Sequence record: MN496305.1
Direction: 5' to 3' (one strand)
Length of the DNA stretch: 13,206 nt
Shown here: positions 6,247-13,206 of the stretch, piece after piece
Layout: each line of letters begins with the position of its first letter
Numbering within the stretch: position 1 is the first letter of the stretch
Made by a program: the position numbers and the translations under genes
Notes under the pieces: generated by a model
Database searches by the model: none
Told to the model about the DNA's origin: nothing
Seen by the model: only the letters and a program-made list of their open reading frames with translations

Positions 6247-6417
6247 ATGAAAGTAGTGACGTTTAAGCTGGAAGATGACTTGTTAAGGATTTTAGACTTA
6301 TACGCTATCAAGACGAAAACGACAAGAAGCGACGTAATTCGCCAAGCATTGATGTTGTTATTGAAGGATGAAATAAACAAAGCGAGAGCGAAAGTCGAAA
6401 CAATCCCGCTGAGGTGA
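6247..6417 (+). CDS. CopG-like ribbon-helix-helix protein (C80-type position), 56 aa, not in the ORF track
   Basis: MKVVTFKLEDDLLRILDLYAIKTKTTRSDVIRQALMLLLKDEINKARAKVETIPLR; classic VTFKL...RSDVIR.AL RHH pattern. Confidence 0.85.
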   Translation: MKVVTFKLEDDLLRILDLYAIKTKTTRSDVIRQALMLLLKDEINKARAKVETIPLR

Positions 6418-6421
6418 AACT

Positions 6422-6565
6422 ATGTATTACCAATGTATAAAGTGCGGACAGATTTTCCCCAAGAGAAAACAAATAAGGGAGCATGTAAGAAGACAGCATA
6501 ATGCTAGCAAAATCGTAGTTGATTTCTATATTTCTGCATTTGTTCCGCTCAAGGTGAGTTTATGA
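6422..6565 (+). CDS. a45: C2H2 zinc-finger protein, SSV1 A45 homolog, 47 aa, not in the ORF track
   Basis: MYYQCIKCGQIFPKRKQIREHVRRQHNASKIVVDFYISAFVPLKVSL; CxxC-x12-H-x4-H; GAGGTGA RBS; ATGA overlap with b129. Confidence 0.85.
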   Translation: MYYQCIKCGQIFPKRKQIREHVRRQHNASKIVVDFYISAFVPLKVSL

Positions 6566-6951
6566 GCGTTCTGCCTGGAAAAAAACAGTTAGAAAGAAAA
6601 AGATATCCAAAATACGAAATTACATTTAACATCACAGAGCAGGAGCATCAGAACTACCACAGCTTAACCCCAGAGCAAAAGAAGTTTCTGCGGATGTTGG
6701 TGAGGCTGATTCTACAGAAACCAGAACTGTTGAATTATGTAGAGACATGGTACAACTTTCTCTTACAGAAAGTTTTTGTTGACTACATTTGCCCCGCATG
6801 TTTGGCGCCATTTCCACACAGAAGAGCATTAGTAATGCATTTACGTTATGAGGAACACTCAACCGAATGTAAGATGTGTGGTAGGGAACTCTCAAGTACT
6901 GACGGACTACTAGATCATGTTTGCAAAAAGCACAATATTTGTGTTCAGTAG
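6562..6951 (+). CDS. b129: Tandem C2H2 zinc-finger protein, SSV1 B129 homolog
   Basis: 129 aa; CPAC..H....H and CKMC..H....H fingers at the C-terminus. Confidence 0.9.
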   Translation: MSVLPGKKQLERKRYPKYEITFNITEQEHQNYHSLTPEQKKFLRMLVRLILQKPELLNYVETWYNFLLQKVFVDYICPACLAPFPHRRALVMHLRYEEHSTECKMCGRELSSTDGLLDHVCKKHNICVQ

Positions 6952-6983
6952 AGTTAAAATCCTTTTTCTTTATATTTTTATTT

Positions 6984-7280
6984 ATGTCACTGCTACAAAA
7001 GTCATGGGCTAGGGGGTTAACTTATTCTGGGATTTTCTTTCTATCATGGGTAGTAGATCTTGCGACAATAATTTTATTTAATATACAAGCTAACGGATTT
7101 AATTTAGGCGTTCTTCTCTATTGGTTGTTTAGTCCTACTCTTTATTCTTCCATCTTTATTGCTTACTTTGTAAAGAGAAAGCACTATTTTTCCCTCATAG
7201 TTCCGATACTTAACTTCCTCTTAGGAATAGTCTTCTTTATTTTCATAGCAATTATCCTTATTGGAGCCAGTTCAATGTAA
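6984..7280 (+). CDS. Accessory small membrane protein (~3 TM, 98 aa)
   Basis: ATG 6984 after an AT-rich TATA-like stretch (probably leaderless); three hydrophobic segments. The track's start at 6921 overlaps b129 and is unlikely. Confidence 0.65.
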   Translation: MSLLQKSWARGLTYSGIFFLSWVVDLATIILFNIQANGFNLGVLLYWLFSPTLYSSIFIAYFVKRKHYFSLIVPILNFLLGIVFFIFIAIILIGASSM

Positions 7281-7318
7281 GGCATATTGTTTTTATTGCA
7301 GTAGGTGGTTCCTTCTAA

Positions 7319-7337
7319 CCCTTTTTAAAGCCATATT
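7319..7337 (+). promoter_or_regulatory. Promoter of the tail/structural operon
   Basis: CCCTTTTTAAAGCCATATT about 25-30 nt before ATG 7352; near-identical to positions 1-19. Confidence 0.7.
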
Positions 7338-7351
7338 CTTTTTGCCCATTA

Positions 7352-7984
7352 ATGAAGTGGCCCCTATTACTATTTACCGTATTATTAATAATAGGATTTA
7401 CATTGATTGCTAGAGCGGGCACTATTTCTCTTCTTTCAACCCCTCCCGTAAACCCACCCGCATACAGCTACTTTTATATTGAATTTCAATTCTTGCCTAC
7501 AAATAATACTCCGCAACCATACGCTATCTTTGTAGGACCAAATCCCAATAATCTCACTGAAGTAGCAGAAGGTTACACTTTGAGCAATGGGACCGGATAT
7601 GCAAGGGTCCCCGTTATTAATGCCCAGACAGAATACGTAGACATTGTATGGGTTAATCAAAACTATACAATGTTTGAAATATTTCCACAAATACAAAACG
7701 CCACTACGACTGTCACATTAAGTGCTAACAATAATCAAGGATTCTCATTCTCATTGCCTACATGGGTCAGTTGGGTTATTGGCGCAGTGCTAATGTTGAT
7801 CTTCATGGGTGTTGGGTGGAAGTTCATGGGCCCAGCCGGTCTAGCGATTTTTGGCATTTTCGGTCTTTTCATTGCAATGTTCTTCGGGCTTTTACCCAGT
7901 TACTTGATGTATGTAATTCTTTTCATAGTAGCGATTGTGGGAGCTAGAATCCTCACGAAGCAATTAGGAGGCGGTGAAGAATGA
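7352..7984 (+). CDS. Virion tail adaptor (SSV19 B210 / SSV6 C213 type)
   Basis: 210 aa; signal peptide, beta-rich glycosylated ectodomain, 3 C-terminal TM segments; precedes the large VP4 as in SSV6-type tail modules. Confidence 0.75.
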   Translation: MKWPLLLFTVLLIIGFTLIARAGTISLLSTPPVNPPAYSYFYIEFQFLPTNNTPQPYAIFVGPNPNNLTEVAEGYTLSNGTGYARVPVINAQTEYVDIVWVNQNYTMFEIFPQIQNATTTVTLSANNNQGFSFSLPTWVSWVIGAVLMLIFMGVGWKFMGPAGLAIFGIFGLFIAMFFGLLPSYLMYVILFIVAIVGARILTKQLGGGEE

Positions 7985-10900
7985 AGAGAGTATTCCTATT
8001 ATATATAATAGGTATATTACTCACATTATTCCTTCCTCTGATTCAAACACAAAGTGCTGTATCGCTTCCACCACTATACGTAGAGGATGCAGTGAACGCT
8101 GAGATACAACAGCTCTGGTCTAAGAGCCCTACTGGTGTTTATGCTTTCCATGAGGCACCTAGCGTGAACAATAGTTTCTGGCCTGATGATAATGCAAAAT
8201 TCTTAGAATCGATAGCACCTTGGTGGCAAAGCTATTCTTCTTACGTAAATTCAACACTACAATTCCTTCAACAAAGCGATGTAAATGGACTCTTTATCAA
8301 GAGATTTGAATACCCCTTGAATCCACTCCAATCAATAACAATCGGCAATTTATCAGGGTACACTAACGGATTCTACGATATTGTTGGTAATCCTTTACTG
8401 AACAGTATGAGGATTGCGACATACTATAACCCAACATTAGCTGTGACTTATCTATTTGGAAATGTAGTCCAGTATCCAAATGGAATATTAGTGAATATTG
8501 AACAAGGATTAGAAAACCCAATCACAGATGGTGGATTTGGCGGGACCGGTGGGCAAAATCCACCTTGGGAGTCCCTGAACTCTTCGTCACTTGTAAATGA
8601 TTCGATTGTTAGTATAGTCAATAACGCAAAAACATATCTGAATTTAACTGGACCTACGTTCTTTGGAACTCCTAGTGAGGAATTGCAATACAATTTCCCA
8701 ATTGTCAATGTCCTTCCTCATTATTTGGCGTTTCAGAATGTAAACGGAATTCTAGGACAATATAATTATCAAGGTAAATTCATCCCATTCAACGTAACAC
8801 TTGTACTTCAATCTAGCTCAATCAATAGGATTTACTTAGAATTCATTTGGGAAAACAGTACAAGTGGTACTTACGTGCTGACAGATATACCAGTATACTT
8901 TACAGCAAATGGGCAATGGCAACAAGTTGTAGTCACAGTCCCCGCTAGTGCATGGCCCAAATATTGGAATTTAGGGGCATTGTCCGCTGTGCCATTGCTG
9001 ATAGGAATAGGTCTCGATTTACCTGGCAGTAGTCCTTCGCAGACTGGACCTACTGGAGTTTATGTAGGCGATATAGCAACAAATTATCCCACTACTTTCG
9101 GTCCGCAGTTTAATGTGACAAATAAAGGAAGTTATGTAGTGTTTAACGAGAGTTGGAAGAGTGATTCTTTAGGTGCCACATTTTGGATAGCGTATGTTCT
9201 GGGCCAAGGCAATGCGATTGAAGTATTAGCGTCAGCCCCAGTAAATCAGTCTTGGATTTATGTTGGGTACAATGGTCTGGCGACAATAGGTACTGGATAC
9301 ACTATTCTTGAGACCCCATCAGGAATTCTGAAGAATTACCAGAACAGTGGCAACATTAGCTGGACTTATTTAGGTCCAAATTTTGGAAAATGGATGCTGT
9401 TATCAACCAATTACGCACCAAACTGGATTGGTGATTTCCAGATGCTCTTCATCTTTCCAATGGCAGGAACTTCTAATCCATATATGGATACATTAAACAA
9501 CGCTGTTTACATGGGTGATCCAACAGAGGTTAGGAACACTTTGTACTTTGGGAATTACACTACTTTGCCGGGATACTTCCAATGGGTCCAAATTGCTTAC
9601 CAAAATGATGGCAACACATCTGGAGTCTTTGGGTTCTTCTTGATACCTAGCGTAGATTACTTGGTGAATCCATCAGTGATAGTTAACGACATGTTTCCAT
9701 CTAGCTTAACAGCATACAGCCCGTCTTCAATACCAAACTATTGGTGGGAGGCAGTTTGGGGCGAGAATTATTATGAAGGCGAAATAATCTATGCTTTAGC
9801 ATTATTGGGCAAATACGGGAATTCGCAAGCATTGCAAATGGCCCAACAGGCATGGCTATCTTATTATAATCAATTGAAAGCGTATAATGGGGCAACTTAC
9901 ACATCTTCATTAGCGCGATTTATTATGGCAACAATACTGTTATACAATATAACGGGAAACACACAGTACAGCAATGCGTATACACAATTGGCAAACTGGC
10001 TTCTTCAATATCAGAATCAATCGAAATACGCCTATGTTTACATCCCCATGTGGTATCACAAAGATGTTGATGTTCCCTCTGTGAATGGTTTTGCAACATA
10101 CGGATACATCATCAATAGAACTGCACAAATGGATGTGGGTACTGTCATATCTGGAACATCAATTGGGCTGAACTTCTTTGAAGACATTCCGCTAAATACA
10201 TCATATGGAATATATTTGTTAACTAATGGAACTGGAAAATTACCATTCACATATCAGAATGTATTGAATGTAAGCGGAACATTCATAACATATTTATACA
10301 TGAATGGAGGAGGCACTGCAACTACGGCTAACATCACTATAACTGTTCAGATAGCGTATAATGGAAATGTACTACAGACAATAGGAACAGCAGCTGTAGA
10401 CAATGTTCCAATTCAGCCCGGAGGGATCAGCGGTTCCCCACCATTCTATCCAGTCAAGATTGTAGTGCCAGTACTAACTACAGTTAATGCCCCACCGGGC
10501 TCTACATTAATCATAGGCTGGAATATCAAAGCCCCGCAAACCGTGTACGTCTTAATCGATAGTACAAATGGACCTTCTAATGTGACAATTCCATTATCAT
10601 GGCCAAATCCATTCTATGGTTTATTCACCATTCCCAAAATCTACAATCCGAATCCGGGAGTCCACAATTATCCACAGCCATACTTCTTAGATATAAGTGC
10701 AATGGCTGGGCAAGCTATGATGGCACTATACGCAGTCACTAAGAATATTACATATTTACTTGACGCCCAACTGGTGATGAATGCCATTCACTATGGACCA
10801 GTGCCTATGCCAACATATGGGATACTAGGAGTGCCTAATCCGCCAGTAGAACCTAGGCTATGGGTTTATGCGAATTACTCAACAGTTGATGCAGATTACT

Positions 10901-11691
10901 ACACATATAAATCTGAATTAGTAAGCGAATTCGGTGATGCAATAGGCAACAATACGCTAGCCAGTCTAGCAATAAGTAGGGTTTGGCAGAGGACCAGCTA
11001 TACATATCCCACCAGCTACATTTACTATGTAGCCCGTTACGGCTCAGGATTGCAAATGAACTCAGAAACTCAGCCATGGGGTGATGTTGCCACTCAGTTT
11101 TATGTCAACACATGGTCCCCATCAAATTTGGACCTATTTTGGGCCTCGTTGCCTAACAATAACTATATCACAAACCAGACATGGAATGGAACAGCATTAT
11201 TCATTCATTTATACGCATATCAGCAAAGCCAAGTTCAGCTAATCTTCTTGACCACTACTGTGAACTTCAATGTACTTGTTAATGGGAACTACACAAACTA
11301 TGAGGCAAATCATCAGATAATGCAGATTGCGCCAACATTAGAGCCCGGGCCAAATACAATCATTATTATTCCAAATCCAAAGAACCAAGTATCACAAAAC
11401 ACTAACATTTCTACTACAACCACAACATCCCCGCTTTCAAATGCAATTAGTGGGTTAGGGATCACCTTAACACAAAACGAACTAATGCTCTTAGGATTCG
11501 TGATATATTTCGTCATTATTATGGTAACATATGGGGTCTCAAGAAACAAGACGATTACAGTTTTATCTAGTATTGTTGCTGTTGCAATAGTTTATGCGTT
11601 AGCCTTATGGCCCACCTACATGGCATTTATTCTAGGGGCTGTGGGCTTCTTCATGCTCTTCTACTCAATAAGTAGGAGGGAGGAGGAGTAA
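7981..11691 (+). CDS. vp4: VP4 tailspike / host-recognition protein (SSV6 B1232 / SSV19 VP4 type) with a glycoside-hydrolase-like alpha/alpha barrel
   Basis: 1236 aa; signal peptide, many N-x-S/T sequons, helical repeats LLYNITGNTQY..A and ALYAVTKNITYLLDA, Thr-rich linker, 3 C-terminal TM segments. Confidence 0.88.
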   Translation: MKRVFLLYIIGILLTLFLPLIQTQSAVSLPPLYVEDAVNAEIQQLWSKSPTGVYAFHEAPSVNNSFWPDDNAKFLESIAPWWQSYSSYVNSTLQFLQQSDVNGLFIKRFEYPLNPLQSITIGNLSGYTNGFYDIVGNPLLNSMRIATYYNPTLAVTYLFGNVVQYPNGILVNIEQGLENPITDGGFGGTGGQNPPWESLNSSSLVNDSIVSIVNNAKTYLNLTGPTFFGTPSEELQYNFPIVNVLPHYLAFQNVNGILGQYNYQGKFIPFNVTLVLQSSSINRIYLEFIWENSTSGTYVLTDIPVYFTANGQWQQVVVTVPASAWPKYWNLGALSAVPLLIGIGLDLPGSSPSQTGPTGVYVGDIATNYPTTFGPQFNVTNKGSYVVFNESWKSDSLGATFWIAYVLGQGNAIEVLASAPVNQSWIYVGYNGLATIGTGYTILETPSGILKNYQNSGNISWTYLGPNFGKWMLLSTNYAPNWIGDFQMLFIFPMAGTSNPYMDTLNNAVYMGDPTEVRNTLYFGNYTTLPGYFQWVQIAYQNDGNTSGVFGFFLIPSVDYLVNPSVIVNDMFPSSLTAYSPSSIPNYWWEAVWGENYYEGEIIYALALLGKYGNSQALQMAQQAWLSYYNQLKAYNGATYTSSLARFIMATILLYNITGNTQYSNAYTQLANWLLQYQNQSKYAYVYIPMWYHKDVDVPSVNGFATYGYIINRTAQMDVGTVISGTSIGLNFFEDIPLNTSYGIYLLTNGTGKLPFTYQNVLNVSGTFITYLYMNGGGTATTANITITVQIAYNGNVLQTIGTAAVDNVPIQPGGISGSPPFYPVKIVVPVLTTVNAPPGSTLIIGWNIKAPQTVYVLIDSTNGPSNVTIPLSWPNPFYGLFTIPKIYNPNPGVHNYPQPYFLDISAMAGQAMMALYAVTKNITYLLDAQLVMNAIHYGPVPMPTYGILGVPNPPVEPRLWVYANYSTVDADYYTYKSELVSEFGDAIGNNTLASLAISRVWQRTSYTYPTSYIYYVARYGSGLQMNSETQPWGDVATQFYVNTWSPSNLDLFWASLPNNNYITNQTWNGTALFIHLYAYQQSQVQLIFLTTTVNFNVLVNGNYTNYEANHQIMQIAPTLEPGPNTIIIIPNPKNQVSQNTNISTTTTTSPLSNAISGLGITLTQNELMLLGFVIYFVIIMVTYGVSRNKTITVLSSIVAVAIVYALALWPTYMAFILGAVGFFMLFYSISRREEE

Positions 11692-12086
11692 TGGGGACTA
11701 AAATTATAATAAATGTAATCTTCTTTGACATCATCTTAGCACTGCTAATGATGAGTTTTGCATCAATTCAGCCACCTTCAATCGCAAACCCACCAACTGT
11801 GGCACAGGCTCAGGCACAAGCAAACATTACGTGGAATCTTACTGTGGGGTCCATTAATTGGGAATGGCTTTGGCCTGTCTTCTACTTCGTAGACTGGCTG
11901 ATATGGATAGTCACTACGATATTTGCCGTAGTTGCTTTCATCTTCAATGTCTTTACAACATCATTATCTCTATTGGCATCAGTCCCGATTGTAGGACCAT
12001 TCTTGTTAATGTTCGCTGTCATCATCAACTTCGTTCTCATTTGGGAAGTTGTCAAATTGATTAGGGGTTACGATAATCCGGGGTGA
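11691..12086 (+). CDS. Core membrane virion protein, SSV1 C166 family (SSV19 C131 nozzle type)
   Basis: 131 aa, hydrophobic; located between vp4 and b115. Confidence 0.75.
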   Translation: MGTKIIINVIFFDIILALLMMSFASIQPPSIANPPTVAQAQAQANITWNLTVGSINWEWLWPVFYFVDWLIWIVTTIFAVVAFIFNVFTTSLSLLASVPIVGPFLLMFAVIINFVLIWEVVKLIRGYDNPG

Positions 12087-12090
12087 CATT

Positions 12091-12417
12091 ATGGATTACA
12101 ATGCAAACTCTATCAGAGCAAAACTACTAAGAAAGAAGATACTGCAGTTAATAGCTGAAAACTATGTTTTATCAGCCTCACTCATTTCTCATACTCTCTT
12201 ATTGAGTTATGCAACAGTCCTCAGACATTTGAGAGTGTTAGAAGATGAAGGGGTTGTGGAACTATACAAAGAGGGGCGCACATTATATGCAAAAATTAAA
12301 GAAAACAATAAACAAATTCAGATTCTGAATTCAGAACTGCAAGGGTTTAAAAAGCCCCAAGTTACTACTACCTTGAACAAAAATGAGATGGCAGATACGA
12401 AAATTGAGAAGGGCTGA
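12091..12417 (+). CDS. b115: Winged-helix (ArsR-like) regulator, SSV1 B115 homolog
   Basis: LSASLISHTLLLSYATVLRHLRVLEDEGVVELYKEGRTLYAKI HTH-wing; directly upstream of vp1. Confidence 0.9.
   Translation: MDYNANSIRAKLLRKKILQLIAENYVLSASLISHTLLLSYATVLRHLRVLEDEGVVELYKEGRTLYAKIKENNKQIQILNSELQGFKKPQVTTTLNKNEMADTKIEKG
12346..12353 (+). promoter_or_regulatory. Putative vp1/vp3/vp2 promoter inside the b115 3' end
   Basis: TTTAAAAA about 30 nt before the vp1 ATG at 12383, which has an in-frame stop just upstream. Confidence 0.5.
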
Positions 12418-12637
12418 GGGATTTAATGTCGGCTTGCTAATCGGATTGTTCATCTTCATTCTCGTAGGAATTGTGCTATTGCCAGTGATAACTAGCGAGG
12501 TATCCTCACTAACCAGCGGTACCAGTCCAGCGGTCACTGGCACTAATGCCACATTGCTAAATCTAGTGCCCTTGTTCTACATACTCATCCTAGTAATTGT
12601 ACCAGCGGTCCTAGCATACAAGATGTACAGGGAATGA
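12383..12637 (+). CDS. vp1: Major capsid protein VP1 precursor
   Basis: Short basic leader (MRWQIRKLRRA), then E-GFNVGLLIGLFIFILVGIVLLPVI...GTNATLLNLVPLFYIL, the two-TM SSV VP1 mature domain. Confidence 0.96.
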   Translation: MRWQIRKLRRAEGFNVGLLIGLFIFILVGIVLLPVITSEVSSLTSGTSPAVTGTNATLLNLVPLFYILILVIVPAVLAYKMYRE

Positions 12638-12655
12638 TTCCGCGGGTGGTAAAGG

Positions 12656-12934
12656 ATGGAGGTAAATGTAAAGACAATAATTTTTCTATTTTTATTCATA
12701 GTTATCGGCGTTATACTTCTAGGTCCTATCATGTCTTATATCCAGAATGTCACTACACCATACTATACAACTGTTATAACTAGTGGAACACTTACCCAAA
12801 CTTCAACTATCTCAAATACAAACTACGCGGGCTCAACTGGTTCCATACTTGTTTCAGTTGTCCCAATCTTCTATATCCTCATCCTAATCATAGTCCCCGC
12901 TGTTATCGCTTACAAATATTGGAGGGAGGAATGA
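12656..12934 (+). CDS. vp3: Minor capsid protein VP3
   Basis: 92 aa, two TM helices, paralogous to VP1 (VPIFYILILIIVPAVIAYK). Confidence 0.95.
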   Translation: MEVNVKTIIFLFLFIVIGVILLGPIMSYIQNVTTPYYTTVITSGTLTQTSTISNTNYAGSTGSILVSVVPIFYILILIIVPAVIAYKYWREE

Positions 12935-13206
12935 TGGCAGAAGAGAAGTGGATCCAAAAGGCAATCAAACATAAGGGCAGGGTTCACAGATACTTGATAA
13001 GGCTCTATGGCAAGAAGGCGTTTACAAGGGATGGGGATATCAAAATGTCATACCTCAACAAAGCGATAAAGCATGTTAAAAAAGAGAAGCTAAACAAGGA
13101 AGAGAAGAGGTCACTCTTATCCGCACTCCTCTTGGCAAAGAGGTTGAAGAAAATGCATAAACACCATAAGAAGCATCATCATAAGAAGAAACACCACCGC
13201 AAATAG
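12931..13206 (+). CDS. vp2: DNA-binding virion protein VP2 with a His/Lys-rich C-terminal extension
   Basis: KWIQKAIKHKGRVHRYLIRLYGKKAFTRDGDIK...RSLLSALLLAKRLKKMH matches SSV1 VP2; start ATG 12931 or 12934 after a GGAGG RBS. Confidence 0.93.
   Translation: MMAEEKWIQKAIKHKGRVHRYLIRLYGKKAFTRDGDIKMSYLNKAIKHVKKEKLNKEEKRSLLSALLLAKRLKKMHKHHKKHHHKKKHHRK

Larger units (their letters stand above)
1..13206. mobile_element. Fusellovirus (Sulfolobus spindle-shaped virus) genome, probably complete circular episome
   Basis: Canonical fusellovirus gene set and order (vp1, vp3, vp2, a82, a92, b277, a154, b251, integrase with internal attP, b129, b115). The window ends at the vp2 stop and begins with the promoter that normally follows it. 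The integrase is not split, so this is not a provirus. Confidence 0.96.

Noticed and set aside
8448-11549. Several 60-90 aa minus-strand ORFs within vp4
   Set aside because: Shadows of the long VP4 frame with no RBS or motif support.
11670-11691. Shared acidic C-terminal 'EE' sorting signal on virion proteins (VP4 RREEE, adaptor GGEE, VP3 REE)
   Set aside because: These codons coincide with the GGAGG/GGTGA ribosome-binding sites of the overlapping downstream genes, a simpler explanation.
12383-12420. Short VP1 leader as evidence of truncation
   Set aside because: Several fuselloviruses have ~85-90 aa VP1 precursors; the mature domain beginning at the Glu is intact.

Overview
The window looks like a complete, linearised circular genome of a fusellovirus (Sulfolobus spindle-shaped virus family) in episomal form. 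It starts at the promoter after vp2 and ends exactly at the vp2 stop. The tyrosine integrase is intact, with its attP (3' half of tRNA-Gly CCC) inside the gene. Gene order: core a82-a92-b277-a154-b251; leftward int, D244-like nuclease, D63-like, Cys-rich protein and F112-like; a symmetric control region; rightward A100-like, RHH, A45-like and B129-like; a small membrane protein; then the virion module (210-aa adaptor, 1236-aa VP4 tailspike, 131-aa C166-like, B115-like, vp1, vp3, vp2). Five real small genes fall below the ORF-track cutoff and were read by hand: D63-like 4366-4545, B49-like 5308-5454, F55-like RHH 5653-5817, RHH 6247-6417 and A45-like 6422-6565. The most striking feature is a ~750-bp region with near two-fold symmetry. 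It carries an SSV1-type lysogeny/induction switch (F55-like repressor, B49-like gene, 11-bp tandem operators around two divergent promoters) centred on a 23-bp perfect palindrome. This switch is combined with an SSV6/SSV19-type glycosidase-like tailspike. Homolog names come from recalled SSV1/SSV6/SSV19 sequences, not database searches. The virus may be SSV19 or a close relative, so novelty must be checked.
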